In this document: one piece after another, positions 23,594-36,570 of the stretch
Numbering within the stretch: the first letter of the stretch is position 1
How the letters are laid out: every line of letters starts with the position of its first letter
From: Magallana gigas
Lineage: Eukaryota
NCBI RefSeq assembly: GCF_963853765.1
Contig: NC_088860.1
Coordinates: 33,604,001 to 33,668,000, forward strand
Length of the DNA stretch: 64,000 nucleotides
Reading direction: 5' to 3'
Position numbers and translations under genes: made by a program
The notes under the pieces: model-generated
Database searches by the model: none
What the model saw: the letters and a program-made list of their open reading frames with translations, nothing else
Told to the model about the DNA's origin: nothing

Positions 23594-26500
23594 TCACCAT
23601 TTTCCTCCTTTGCCCCCCTTCTTTTTCCGTTTCTGGGCCTGGGCGGGCTTCTGTTGCCTGGGCCCCTGGGCGGCAGGGGCAGGGGAAGGGGCCGAGGGGC
23701 TAGGGGAGGAAGCGGTGCCTGGGCGGGGGGAATTAGGATCACTGCCCGGAGTCTTACTGGCATCTCTGTCAATAAAACAAACAAATTGGTTATCTTTATT
23801 AACTCTAAGTTTATGAGCATTATTATTTCTGACATCTGTACAAATTAAAATAATCAAATATACCACTGTAATTACTGCATCAAATTAACAAGTTTAAAAT
23901 TAATTCTTTTGAATACAAATATAAAGAATATTTGACAAAAATATAAAAAAAAAAGAAGTTATCAGTAATAACTCACAAATTCACAATTATATGATCAATA
24001 TTGTGTTGAGGTACAAACATTCATAAACCTTGTTAAAAGTAGAGAATGTACTTACAAACTATCAGTCAACCCACTTGTAGCTCCTTGAGGACCTTTACCT
24101 GTAAATAAAATGGTAATAGTAGGCATTAATTAAGTTAAACAATTAGATTATAACAAATTCCTATAGGCTATTGGTTTCAATCCGTCTGAATAACCTTACC
24201 AATGTCCTTGCGTTTATCCCTCCTCTTTCCTCTATAATATGACCTCTCTTTACGTGGCAGCCATCTTTCTGGATCAAGCTCAGCATCAGTGTTCTTTGGC
24301 ATCTTGCCTGTAAAACACCAACATGTGATAATGCATAAAGTACAGTAACTGTCGATTCATATTTTACACAAGTTTCTGATTCCTGTTTTGTATACTGGTA
24401 TATTGGTGAGAATATAAAATTGCTAACACCTTAATTTTTTAACTTCATTTATAGCTCTAAGCTCACAGAAAAATAATGACGAAATCTTAAAATCTGTGAG
24501 GATAGGTTCTCATGTTTTTATGAAAATATCTATTATCACTGTTTAATTAGGAATTTACTGTAGAAAAAAACCCCCATACAGTCGCACCTGTTTTAAGCGG
24601 CCACTTGTGGTACAATGACAAACTGGCCGCTTAAGACAGGTGGCCTCATATTCCAGGTTTCAAATTAATGAAGAAAAACGAGTATATTCATTTTGGCTCT
24701 ATTGCACAGATTTATTACATGTAATAACATCTGTAAAAACTAAACGTGTGGGATTGAAACTGGCCGCTCATGGCGGGTGGCCGCTGATTAAAGGTGGCCG
24801 TAACAGCAGGTGTGACTGTTTTTTAAAGTCATTTATTCTAATCATTTTCTTCTAAAAAGTTATTTTCTATGGCTGTTTGGCTGACATAAGCTCCTCAAAC
24901 AGGTAAACAGATCTATTAAAGCTTCAACATTTCTTACCCTTCTTCTTCTTTTTCTTCTTCTTTTGCACGACCATATCACCAGCCCTACAAAGACAGAAAA
25001 CCAGATAAAGCATGGAGTAAACACACTCACATATTCACCAGGATTTACTCTATCAGGGTTATTTTTTGCCTCATGTTATTTTGGCCAATTTAAGGTTGTA
25101 CATCAAAATACATCACTAAATCTAAATTTGACCTAACATAGTTAGGGTTAAAGAGAAGTAGCTTGCAGTTTTCAACCAGATCCGTTTTAAATATTCGCCC
25201 CACTGTCAATGAAGGCAAATATAAAATGGAGGCAAAGATTTCTTTGTATACAATCCCTTAATATAATTTTAGATTAGTGACATAATTCAATTTTGGCCTT
25301 TCACTATGTTAACAGTAATATCAATTAAAGAGAAACAACTCAAAAGTAAAGCAAGTAACCATGCTGTACAGCACATTCTTATTCAAAGTAACCCATACTG
25401 ATATAAGTGTTGTGACTTACGGTCCAGGGGATGGAGCGGCGTCCGTCTTCTTCTTCATGTACTTGGGCCCCAGGGTACTGAAGGAGGTCTCCAGCTGATC
25501 TACATCAATGTCCTGGGCAATCTCCTCCACCGAGGGCAGGTCCTTACTGGCTCTGATGGCAGGTTAAGGAAATCACCAAAAAAAACCCACTGTGCATGCT
25601 TAATGAGTCTCTATTAAACTAACACTGTAGAGTTTTTCTCAAGAAGTGTAGAAAAAAACATCGAATGAAAAGTTAACTTAGATACATGTGTACATTGTAA
25701 AATAAATACTTGTCAGCTGAAACAGTGTTTGCGTTATATAAACTTATATCTTTAGGAAATCAATTCCGAGTACAATAGATATATATATAGGTACTTGTAC
25801 ATAGAATACAAGGATACAGTTTAGCTTTTTCTGGGTCAAATTGGGAGTAAGCAGAGATCAGCTGGGCCAATATTCTGGGATCATCCGGCTTTTTCCTGTC
25901 AAAATAAAATCCCATTGGTAGTTTATTTTTGCCTAAACTTCAATTGAACCTTAAATTATGTTCTCACTCATTAATAAACCTTGGATTGATTTGAATAATT
26001 TTAAGAGAAAACAGTCTACAAGTCGCTTAAAGTAAAGCATATTGTATCGTAAATATACATTATATAGCAGAAAGGAAAAAAAAGAATTATTACTTCCTAA
26101 GTTCTTCCAACATTTTGGCTGCTTGCTGAGGACTTCCATTCTTCAACTGGAAATCGGCATTAGCTCTCATCAGCATGGGTAGAGATGGGGACTTTGGCTA
26201 CAGTAGTGAGGAAAACATGACAATGAAGACATCAAGCACAAATGATAATATTTTTGTTTCACAATAGAATCACTTAAGAAAATATTTGTGTATAAGTAGG
26301 AAAATAGCTCATCTATTAATTCCTAAGCATTCCTTTCCAGGAAACTACCTTTAATATACATAGCTCTTTATGAAAGTCTGAATATCTCAAAGCCATTAAT
26401 TTCATGCACGGCTTATACACTCGAAATGATTTACATAATTCAAAATGTAAGTTACATGTTAATGATAGTGATAGTACATGTACTGATTTATACCACTTCA

Positions 26501-29500
26501 TAAACCTGAATCATTTAACAAACAGAAAAAAATTTCCCCTTTGGCTAATCCTACCTGGTTCTTGTTGTACCAGCTGACGGTCTGAACCAGGACCTCTGAT
26601 GCCGCTTCCTTGTCCTCTTGATTCAGATAGAGTGCCACCAGGGCAGACACCTACAGATACAAAACTTACATTTATATTCTAAATAAAAAACGCCCACTGT
26701 GAACGATAGTGCTGAACTTTTCTCTATTTTGTAAAATTATTATAATTTGTGGGTACCCTGGGCTTAACCAACCAACTAAATTTCCCAATTAATTAGGAAA
26801 CATGGCAATCTCTAAAAGGTAAAATCAGATCCCTGAAATAACATCTCTATGCACTATTAAAAACTGAAAATCCACTAAAATTTGCCCCAAACAAATTTCC
26901 AATGTATTCCCAGTAAGATAAAAACTTGGCTCTAGCTTTGACTTACCACTCCTGGCTTGTACCGGAGATCCCCCAGGGCCTTGAGTGACTCGCAGGCCTC
27001 GTACACGTGACCCTGGGTCAGGTACAGCTGGGCCATCACCAGTTTGGTGGTCAGGGCCTTGTCAGGGTGGGTGGCTGCATAATCCTGTTGAAATATAGAA
27101 AAAGATAAGAATCTCATCTGTGTTGCTGATTCATAAAGTAAATGTAATGCCAAGCCATGATCAGCTTAATTAGGGAAATCTAAAATGTGTTATTCCCAAT
27201 ATTGTCTTGTATTTTTTTAAATGGCATACTAGAATTTATATAATTCGATCACAACAAATTCACACTGCATGTAGGTGTAAAAACAATGTACATGTATTAC
27301 AAGAATAGAATTCCTGGGTCCCCCGACGGTCAAGCAGTATACTAGTATCGACCAATGCTGATTTAGGAACTTGACCAAAGTATTAGTGGTATAAACATTT
27401 GGTATAAATTTATTGAAAATCAGTCAAAATTTGTAGGCATGAGAGCGCTTACAAGGTCAATTTTTGGATAAATGGAGTCATTATTGTGGTCAAAGTCCCA
27501 TATCTCCAACAAAAAGTATCGACCAATGCTGATTTTCGAACTTGACCAAAGTATTAGTGGTATAAACATTTGGTATAAATTTATTGAAAATCCGTCAAAA
27601 TTTGTAAGCATGAGAGCGCTTACAAGGTCATTTTTTGGATAAAACAGAGTCATTATAGTGGTCAAAGTCCAATAACTCCAACAAAAAGCATCGACCAATG
27701 CTGATTTTCGAACTTGACCAAGGTAATAGTGGTATAAACATTTCGTATAAATTTAATGAAAATCCGTCAAAATTTGTAGGCATGAGAGCGCTTACAAAAA
27801 AGTGTGACGGACATACACACGGACGGACATGTCCCCACTCCACGTTGCGGCGGGGGACAATAAACAATACATGTATAAATTCTTTTTGCAAAGAAACCAA
27901 ATGTTAGTATATAAGGATATTCATTTCAACAAAACTTTTAAGTTTTGAAAAACATAAGAATAAAACCAATACATCCAAAATATTAAAGATTTTTGGGAAA
28001 AGTTATAAAACTGAGATAAAAGTAGAAGAACACCTACATTGAGAAGTTTTTGGGCCTGTTCAGCTTTCTTCTCCTTCACAAACTGGGCGGCCTCTATCAG
28101 AACAGGGGCAGCCATGTCTGGGTACTGCTTCTTCAGCTGGGCAGCCAGATTATGACACTGCTCGCCCTACAGGTAAACAAAACACTCCATTTAACGGTCT
28201 TATATTTTTTTTTTTCAAGGTACATTGTAATTTGGGTTTTTAAAATGGTGGGGTTATAATCATTTCTCACCTGATATTAATCTGAAGATGTTTTTATGCT
28301 TTTTTTGCAGATATCAATGTATTAATTTTTAATGATCTCAACATAAGGGACCCTAATCTTTTTTTTTTAAAATTTAATGGAAAGATGCATCCATACATTC
28401 ACAAATGTAATGTAAATGTATGGATGCACTAATGGACCCCATTGCCAAATTTATGTATTTTTAGGTGGAGAAGGCATGGATTGCTATATGTAATTTACCT
28501 GGTTCATATACAGGTGAAGCAGACACTGATTGATATATGTAATTTACCTGGTTTGTATACAGGTGAAGCAGACACTGATTGATACACGTATATGTAATTT
28601 ACCTGGTTTGTATACAGGTGAAGCAGGCACTGATTGACATTGATGGAACACTTCTGTCGGGACGTCAGTTTCTGTTTCAGGTTATCACCTGTGGCCAGCT
28701 TCATCTTCTTCTTAGAGTCAAATACACTCTGGTCCTGTTAACAAAGCAATAAATCCAATGCAATACTTGAACGAAAATAATATATTCTCTTAAAGTCAAG
28801 TATCAGAGTTTTATTTAATTACCAGTACATGGAATTAAAATTTAGAGTAAAAATTCTATAACTTATCTTGAATAATACTGCATTTACTTAAAAGGTAAGT
28901 ATTACTTGGTTTTATTTTAATTTGATTCTTTAAAATTTATGTTGTATGATAATGAACTTTAGTTTTTTATGAAAAGAAAGTATCATGTACTTAATTTTTA
29001 TTTCACTTAATTCCAAATGTTCAAAAAGATTCCTAAAACTGTACCTTTAATAATTATAATTCTTCAAAGTGTCAAGTATCAATTGGCTTGATTATAAATG
29101 ATAATCTTTAGCCTGTGTGTAACTTTACCTTATTCAGTGTGACAATGTTGTTGGAAGCTACTGCCAGCAGTCCTACATCATCAGGTCTGTAATAGTTAGT
29201 CATGATACAATAAACAGCAATGCAATATAAAACTCTTATCATTTCTAACTGTTTTTTTAAAATGCAAAGAATTTGTGAAATAATGAATATTTCCTTTATT
29301 GGCTTTTACCTGTTTTTCAGAACCTGGTTGTATATCTGAAGAGCTTCTTCATTTTTACCCAGCTTTTGCAGAACAAATGCCAACTGAACCCTGAAAATAA
29401 ACGATACCTAAAATTAGGCACACTGAAAAAAAGATCTTGCTTAATTTACCTAAGGGGAAAAATTCTAAAACAAAACCCTGATGGGAGAGAAAATCCCAAA

Positions 29501-32500
29501 ACTTATATGATACCACATCATTGTATATTTAAATAAAATTTATGACTGATATTATTTCAACTACCTGTTCTTACTATGAATAAGCGAATTCAATTTAATT
29601 CTATAAATCACAACTAAAATCAAAGCAATGCCACATTCAACAATGTAGACTGCTAATTATATCTGTCAGATGAGGGAAATGTGAGGACAAAGTCAAGGCT
29701 GCAGAAAGTTTGTAAAGCATAACCCCAAACCCAATATATCCAATGAGCAGCAAAAACAAGTAGCTCTCTTTTACTTTCTTTTAACTTAAGAACTCACTCA
29801 GGGGCCATAAAACTAGGACAAGCTCACATTCCATCTTTTTCTCACTTTTACAAAAGGAATTGATGTATATTGCAGATATTGGGTTCAAAATTTAGCAAGT
29901 CTCTATACACACTGACAGTGTATGATACATGAACCACAGGGGTGGTTTCAAAAGTTGAGGCAAAATTATATGCAGCCCTGATAAAATGAATTGAGATGAT
30001 GTAGGTAAATATAAGTATTGATGTTAACTAAGCTAGCCTCTGTGGCTTCACGGTAAGAGGAGGATGTATAGTGAGGCTGCGGCCTAACTCTTGATGGCCA
30101 AATATAATAAAGTCCATTGGTAAATGTACCTGATGATTCCCAGTTCCTCCTCGATCTCTTCCTCCGTCACATCAGGATCATCCTCAAAACTTTCCTTGCA
30201 GTAAGCTGTCAATACATGAAAATAGTGTCATAATCATTATATATATGTACTGCAGCTTTACATACATTACATGGAGGGGGCTCATAATTCACATATTGTA
30301 AAACACTAGTTTGAAGTAACTAATTTTTGGGATCAAAATGAAGATTATGTGGTAAAAAAAAAATTACAAGTGACCAGATACTTTTGATGACTAGTTTGGA
30401 GTGAGAAATAGTCGCAACAATAAGGCTCTTGCAAACCTCACTAAAGTATTTCGCAAGTGAATAAAACTTGGTTTACATTATATTTGCCAAATCTCTTCAT
30501 TACATAGAAGGGGCCCACAAAGCGCATTTATGTACGGCATCTTTACAAATCAAACAAGAGGCGTACCTTCTGCCTTCTTAAGCTTCTGCTCCGCCCCTTT
30601 GTAGTCCTCTCGGCCAATCAGGTAACAGGCCATGTTATAACACAGCTCATACGAGTTCTCCTCTAGTCCAGGGTTGTCCTTTGAAACAAAAAATGTATAA
30701 TGAAAATTTAGAAACTGATCTTTTAAATTGTCATGTATTTACTCTTAGTCTTAGGTACAAAATCTGTTGGCAAAAGATTGTTGACAAGACATGACACTAA
30801 CATATCTTATTCTGCCTCAAACCCTCCATATATACTTACAATGTTTTTCCTCTCCCATAGCTGCAGTGAAGCAATGACGGCCGAAAGGTTGGTCTGTCTC
30901 TCCTCCTCATAATCATCCTTTACAAAAAAGATTTAAAAAAGTAAATGAATTCTGAACATATATATTCTAATCAATAGGATTCTTTTCCGCTTAAATAGAT
31001 CATAGCACACAAGAGCAATGCTAAGATCTATTCTCTATTATCTACAAGATAATTGATATCAATGGAAACCATTACAGATTGCAAAACCAGAATGTACATG
31101 TAAAAAGTCCCACCTCTGAATTTTTGATGACATCCCTGTATAAATCATAACACTCTTGGTACTCTTCCAGGCGATACAGCTAAAAAAAAAGACAGTAGTG
31201 TTATAGCATCTTTAACCTCTATTGGTCTTTTATTTTTAATAAACCAGGTAATTCTAAAATCACTTAACCATATACAAATTGAAGATAAAGTTCAAAAATA
31301 AATTTAATTTTAAGTTCTCCATGAAACAGCATTGTGACAATGGTTTTTTGGGGGGTAGTCATTTAGATATCTGACAGTTATTCACAATGTATATCATTGT
31401 CATGCTCAATGACAATAAAAAAATGGAAAGTTAAATGAAGATTCTACGAACCACTTGAGACAGCAACTCTTTGGTACGGGTGTCAGGTTGGGGTATCTTT
31501 CTCAGGGTGCTGAGGGCCTCCTGGGTCCTGTTCAACCGGTATTCACAATAGGCCTTCTCAAAAGCTACAGAACTTTCAAAAACACAAAAAGAATTCAACA
31601 TAAACACAAGGGTTATTATTTTATTAAAAATCAGTAATATTGGAAAAAACACCACTTAGATGTACAATTATATTCTGCATTTCAATGTGTTCTAAAAGTC
31701 TTTCTTTCAATCTTTGTCTTGACAATAAAAGTTTTGACAAGGAATTATAAAGAATACATGTAAAATATGCATGCATAGACTTAAGTTAGTTAAAAAAAAC
31801 AGATGCATCAGGTTCAGTACCAGTAAATATACCCGTAATTGTCCTTGGTCTAAATTTATTACTGTATACTGTAATGATACATCTTTATGACAATCTAATT
31901 AACTCCTTAGTAAACTTAAGATAAAATACCTTATCAAGTCTTTATTTTTGTTGATCTGGGTCAGAGCATCTTCAAATTTGTCTAGTTTGATCAAGCAAAC
32001 GACCTTGCACTGAAAACCAGTTTCATTCTTTGGAAACTCATGCACAACTGAAAAAAAAATTTAAATGTTTTTCAATAAAAATTCTTTGAACATTTCCATT
32101 AAAATGTATCTTAATTTCATGCATTATCAACTCTTTATAGCTCTAAAGTCATCCATCCAAATTTTTTTCAGACCAGAAGCTACAGAACTGCAGCTAAATT
32201 ATTGTTATTCACACAGTAAATTGAAGAAATATAAATACATGTAGTTACTTAAATAACTGTTACGATGATTATTTTACTGCAACAAGAAACCTGTGATGTT
32301 GAAGATTCCTCTATATTTTATGTCCATATTCAATCCCCGTTATTTGTATCAAATTGCAAGACTATAAAATCGCGAGGGCCAAAGTTTTGTTGTAATTTCA
32401 AACAGTTAACAACTGTCAAAAAAATAAATGATACATCAAATCCCATGAGAAATGCTTCTCAAAACTACAAGCAGATATTCATTACAAGTTTGCATCAAAT

Positions 32501-32836
32501 TTGGGAATTTAAAATAATCCAGCCTTATAAAGTAATCTCCTGCCAATCTATAGTACTGGCCTAAGTCTAATTTAACAAGCGGACGTGATACTAAGGTAAC
32601 AACTACACGTAGACGTACTTTAGTACTATATCGATGGATAAAAAACCCCAACATATGCCAAGAGAAAATTCGCGTCAAATATCAAACCGGTCCGCAAATT
32701 CAATTATTCTTCAACAAAACCTACTTCTGTTGGCTACTTTTAATGCCTTTGCAAATTCCTGATTCTGTGCAAACTTGTTTAACTCTGCAAATCTGGAAGA
32801 TAAAGCTGGGGCATCTTTTTCCGAGTTCTGAGCCAT
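23594..32836 (-). CDS. SRP72: Signal recognition particle subunit SRP72 (20 exons, 666 aa)
   Basis: In-frame exons: 32836-32725, 32047-31930, 31572-31452, 31179-31114, 30917-30840, 30678-30567, 30205-30130, 29390-29310, 29186-29129, 28734-28603, 28166-28038, 27084-26947, 26650-26555, 26197-26094, 25895-25818, 25552-25421, 24984-24938, 24307-24200, 24098-24056, 23765-23594. Motifs: FEKAYCEYRLNR, YEEERQTNLSAV, TPR-like helices, the SRP-RNA-binding KKKKKKKKGKMPK...LDPERWLPRKERSYYRG, GKGPQGAT and C-terminal KKKGGKGGKW. Confidence 0.97.
24577..24818. mobile_element. MITE (TACAGTCGCACCTG...CAGGTGTGACTG inverted ends) in SRP72 intron
   Basis: Imperfect terminal inverted repeats with internal GGCC/GCGGCC subrepeats; no ORF. 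Confidence 0.65.
25553..25817 (-). other. U12-type (minor spliceosome) GT-AG intron 15 of SRP72
   Basis: The 5' splice site is GTATCCTT (25817-25810). The branch point TTCCTTAAC (25571-25563) lies 10 nt from the 3' CAG. The flanking exons join in frame. Confidence 0.92.
27298..27870. mobile_element. Non-autonomous Helitron/Helentron-like (HINE-type) element with ~2.6 internal 171-172-bp tandem repeats, in SRP72 intron 11
   Basis: Units start CGACCAATGCTGATT at 27349, 27520 and 27692. A GACG/ACAC microsatellite and a terminal palindrome TGTCCCC...GGGGACA lie near the right end. Class assignment is inference from architecture. Confidence 0.7.
28485..28637 (-). repeat. Triplicated exon-10 3' end plus splice donor of SRP72
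   Basis: Three copies of (a)tcaatcagtg(c/t)ctgcttcacctgtata(ca/tg)aaccagGTAAATTACATAT on the minus strand, with periods of 55 and 49 bp. Confidence 0.92.
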
Positions 32837-32845
32837 GTTGCTACA

Positions 32846-32853
32846 CCGGAAGT
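32846..32853. promoter_or_regulatory. ETS/GABP-like motif CCGGAAGT immediately upstream of the SRP72 ATG
   Basis: Exact consensus 10 bp from the start codon; function inferred. Confidence 0.5.
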
Positions 32854-33333
32854 AGTTGGCGATTATGATTTAGACAAGTTGTTCTAAGAATACATGACTG
32901 TCACGGGCACTCTTACTATCAAAAATAAAAAAAAATTCTGTGCCATAATCTTATGATTTTAATATAGTAAATAGACAAATATACAAAATACAGTTTAAAT
33001 ATAAAAACAGACGTCCCTGATATGATATAAAATTGATTTACAGTACTATAGTATATCATTTCATTACTTTTATCTGGACAAATATAAGCCCCAGGCCTGC
33101 TTATATATATTAAGAAAAATGTCTTTTGCAAATTAAATTTTACAGTTGAACTAAATCGCGTAACAACGATTATGACCATGGCGATATCATGTTACAAATA
33201 CATGTACGTGTACAATGTAATTTAGTTCCTATATATGTTCATCTAAAATGGGTAAAAGATAAACTGATAAACTGAGTGGATAGATTAATTAGTGGCGGAG
33301 GATCTCAGATACGCTGATGGTATGTGTCACAGC

Positions 33334-34393
33334 GGGTGCGTTCAGAGTATTTCCAGTGGTACCAATACCAGTTTGCCAATGGTAACAATTTGTGCCATTG
33401 GTGCCATTGGACCCATATATACTCTGAACGAGTTTTGGGGTACAGATAGTGGGAAATTTACCAATGTTAACAATGGTACCTTTGGTGTACCATTGTTAAC
33501 ACTGGCTGATTATTTAGCGGAAAATGTCAAACCAAGATGCAATATTTTTGCCTCGTTGATCATTTTGCACCAAAAGGATACATTCAACATTATAATTTGT
33601 GTACAATATAGATTTTTTTTTTTTTTTTTTTACAGTTTTTCATCTCCCGCAAAACGTGTGTATATCTTTGGAAAAACATGGCTAGAGCGAGTCATAACTA
33701 TGCGATTAATATATATAATAAAGACACCCGATGATTTTGATACCGTTTGTCCAGGGACACATTTGAAAGTCAATGCTATGGTTAATACCGACAACAATCT
33801 AAATGGCCCCACCCCTAATGTTGAAAAGGAACTATTGGTGTTTTGTGGAAACTACGTTTGAGAACTTTTCGATGTATGGCTGAACGGTTTTGGAACATCT
33901 TCAAAAAAAGTTTTTTATAGAGTATTTTCTCCTCCTTAAAAAATATTAAGGCCAAATAAATAGCCTTCATCACAATTAAGCAAATAATTGGAGAAAACTT
34001 TCAATTTCAAAATGTTTTGGTGCTTTAGATGGCAGTCATATTCCAACCAATGTCCCCCAAACGCCTGCAACATGCCTACATATACAGAAAGATTTTTTTT
34101 TTAGTTGTATATTTGGAATGTTACAATGCTTAAAGGAATTGTTCAGCTACAACAAGGTTTAAGGTTGAAAAGCTGTGAAATTAATCTGTTGCCTTCAGTG
34201 CATACAAAATATCCGCCATTTTTGTGACGTCATTAAAAAAGTTACCATCGCTAACAGAGCTCTAGATTGTCTGCAGAAATGTCTACCTATGGTAAATTTT
34301 ATCGGCAAACATTGGTACCGTTGGTATACCAATGGTAAAAAAAATTGCCAGTGGTAACTTTTGTCTGCCAACGGCAGTACTCTGAACGCACCC
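33334..34393 (+). mobile_element. Internally deleted/decayed PIF-Harbinger DNA transposon
   Basis: Perfect 16-bp TIRs GGGTGCGTTCAGAGTA (33334-33349) and TACTCTGAACGCACCC (34378-34393), with subterminal GGTAC/CCAATGG repeats. An internal relic translates as KCFGALDGSHIP (~34010-34050), matching the Harbinger DDE motif GAIDGTHIP. Confidence 0.82.
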
Positions 34394-35346
34394 TGCATGT
34401 GTATAGCGTGTCTGAAGTTGTCCACTGATGGTTAGTTCCTAATTGTTGCTGGTATGTTATTCCATCGGCAATGATAGTTGCTGGCCAATGTCAGTTTTGT
34501 TCCAATTAAATTCAAAACTCCACCTAAAATTTGTCACATAATTTTTAATTTTTGTAATTCATCATTAATATTTGGAGACAACAGATTGGGAGATTCGAGA
34601 CGACAGGATTCTAGAAAACATATAAAATTTTCTTTTTACAACAAACGTACAATATGCTACTAAATCTATATTTACTGGTAAGAAGTTGGTTCATGTAAAC
34701 GTCACTCCATGGAAAACGAACTCCATTAATTGTCGACGTATAATGGCTGTCTTTACATTCCACATTCTTACTGATCGTATGGTTTTCTTATACTACAGTA
34801 ATTATAATTGTTAAAATTAACTTTTTAAACAATGTCAAGTGCTAAACACAGTGTACTGAGTTATACTTTTATAGCATAATTAATATACTGCATTTTTTCA
34901 ATTATGCTTTACACACGTGTGCTTAGAGAAAATTCGGACGACTCATACCATTTCCGTATAAAATCGCTTCGTATGGTCTTTAGAACAATAAGATATTTAA
35001 ACTAAGACCAATTCTGACTAAATCTTTATTTCCTGTGTATTTATTTGCTTCCTGTGTATACCGATTAGCATCATTCACGACCACAGGTAGACTGCAATCC
35101 CCGGAGGCTTTCACACCTCTAATAATTAAGCCCCGCCCTCACCCGAGATTTACCACCCGGTAAAAATATTCGGCCTTTAAATCACACAAAGATTCATGAA
35201 GAGCGCAATTACGATAACATTATGAGATAATTGTGTAGTGAATTTCAAGTGGTTTTTTTTATTCGCGTTCATAGCGTCTTCTTTTGCATAAGACCCCCCC
35301 CCCCCCTTAGATTTTACTAATTAACTTTGCCATATATCAAAGATTT

Positions 35347-35347
<1 letters not shown>

Positions 35348-35404
<57 letters not shown>
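35348..35404. repeat. (CT)n microsatellite
   Basis: Pure CT run. Confidence 0.98.
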
Positions 35405-35406
<2 letters not shown>

Positions 35407-36213
35407 GTCATTTGTTAAATTAAACTAAAATTCAATACATTTTCGGAAATCTTCATATCTTGCATTGCTTATACTCAGTGCATGGTTTAAATTAAGCGCT
35501 GCATGACAATTAAACTGTTTTAGAACTGTTATCAAAAAGTAAGTAGACTAATCCTCAGAAATATTGAGAAAAAAACTCATTCCCAAAATCATGAAAATCC
35601 TAATCTCCGTGGGGGGGGGGGGGGGGGGGGGGGGGAGGAGGGAGTATACCTATAGTTCCACAAATTATTTTTTTACCTACCCAAAATTTTTTTCCCCCCA
35701 AATCATTAAAATCCTAATCCGAGGGTGGGGGGTGGGGGGGGGCGCTAGTATGCCTATGACTCCAACTTCTGAATCTTTCAAGGTAAAATTAGGATCAATT
35801 ACATTTCCGGCGCGAAAAAGTGGGGGGGGGGGGGTGGGGGCGGCTGAACCCTCTATATATGATGCTATGTGCCTAATGGTTAGGTCTAGCTTTGCAAAAA
35901 AAAATGTGCCCCCCCCCCCCCCCCGCTTCCGACGCCTATGCAGTGCTGTGAAATGTTGTTGCGGTCTAAGTTCTAGAGGACGCTGACCAAAAGGAAAAAA
36001 CCAATTAAAAATTACACCCACCCCAGCTTATTAAAAATTACACCCCACCCCAGCTTAGGTAATGAAAAAGAGAGATATAGCAAACTACATGAAGTATAAC
36101 TTTTTGATAACATGGCATACATGAACTAAGCATTTTTAAATCAATTTACTTAATTAATTAATGCCACGGTTGAAAAATTATCAAAGATATATATAGCCCC
36201 CCTCCCAAAGTCC

Positions 36214-36214
<1 letters not shown>

Positions 36215-36244
<30 letters not shown>

Positions 36245-36345
36245 GTCCCGACCCCCCCTGGAAAATGAACATTTATTAAATTTACATAGTAAAATTATCG
36301 CGAAAATATGCCTCGGACCCCCCCTGGCAAACACAATTATCCTTC

Positions 36346-36379
<34 letters not shown>

Positions 36380-36382
36380 ATG
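36215..36382. mobile_element. 168-bp MITE with CATGCGCGGATC TIRs and 5-bp GTCCC target-site duplication
   Basis: CATGCGCGGATC...GATCCGCGCATG, with GTCCC at 36210-36214 and 36383-36387. Confidence 0.85.
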
Positions 36383-36570
36383 GTCCCAATCATTAAGTTA
36401 ATTGTTTAACAATAAATAAAAACAAAACACCCCACTAAACCAATTATTCAAATAGCGATTGATTTTGTTCTTCTTTTTTTCCTAATCAAATGGATATAGG
36501 CCATATGTATCTCGTGCGTAAAATTATATAGAGTTCATAAACTAAGACTTCATTCATGATTACCCCTTGG

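Noticed and set aside
29990-30110. H/ACA snoRNA-like hairpins in SRP72 intron 7
   Set aside because: Short GCCTC/GAGGC and GGCC stems exist, but there is no properly placed H box between two hairpins; support is insufficient.
33292-33861. 189-aa ORF as a real gene
   Set aside because: It starts at a non-ATG codon and runs through the subterminal repeats and a poly-T tract of the Harbinger relic; no domain is recognisable.
35560-36060. Gly/Pro-rich ORFs and poly-G/poly-C tracts as a gene or dedicated G-quadruplex element
   Set aside because: The ORFs arise from homopolymer runs of uncertain length. Such tracts occur throughout the window within degenerate repeats.
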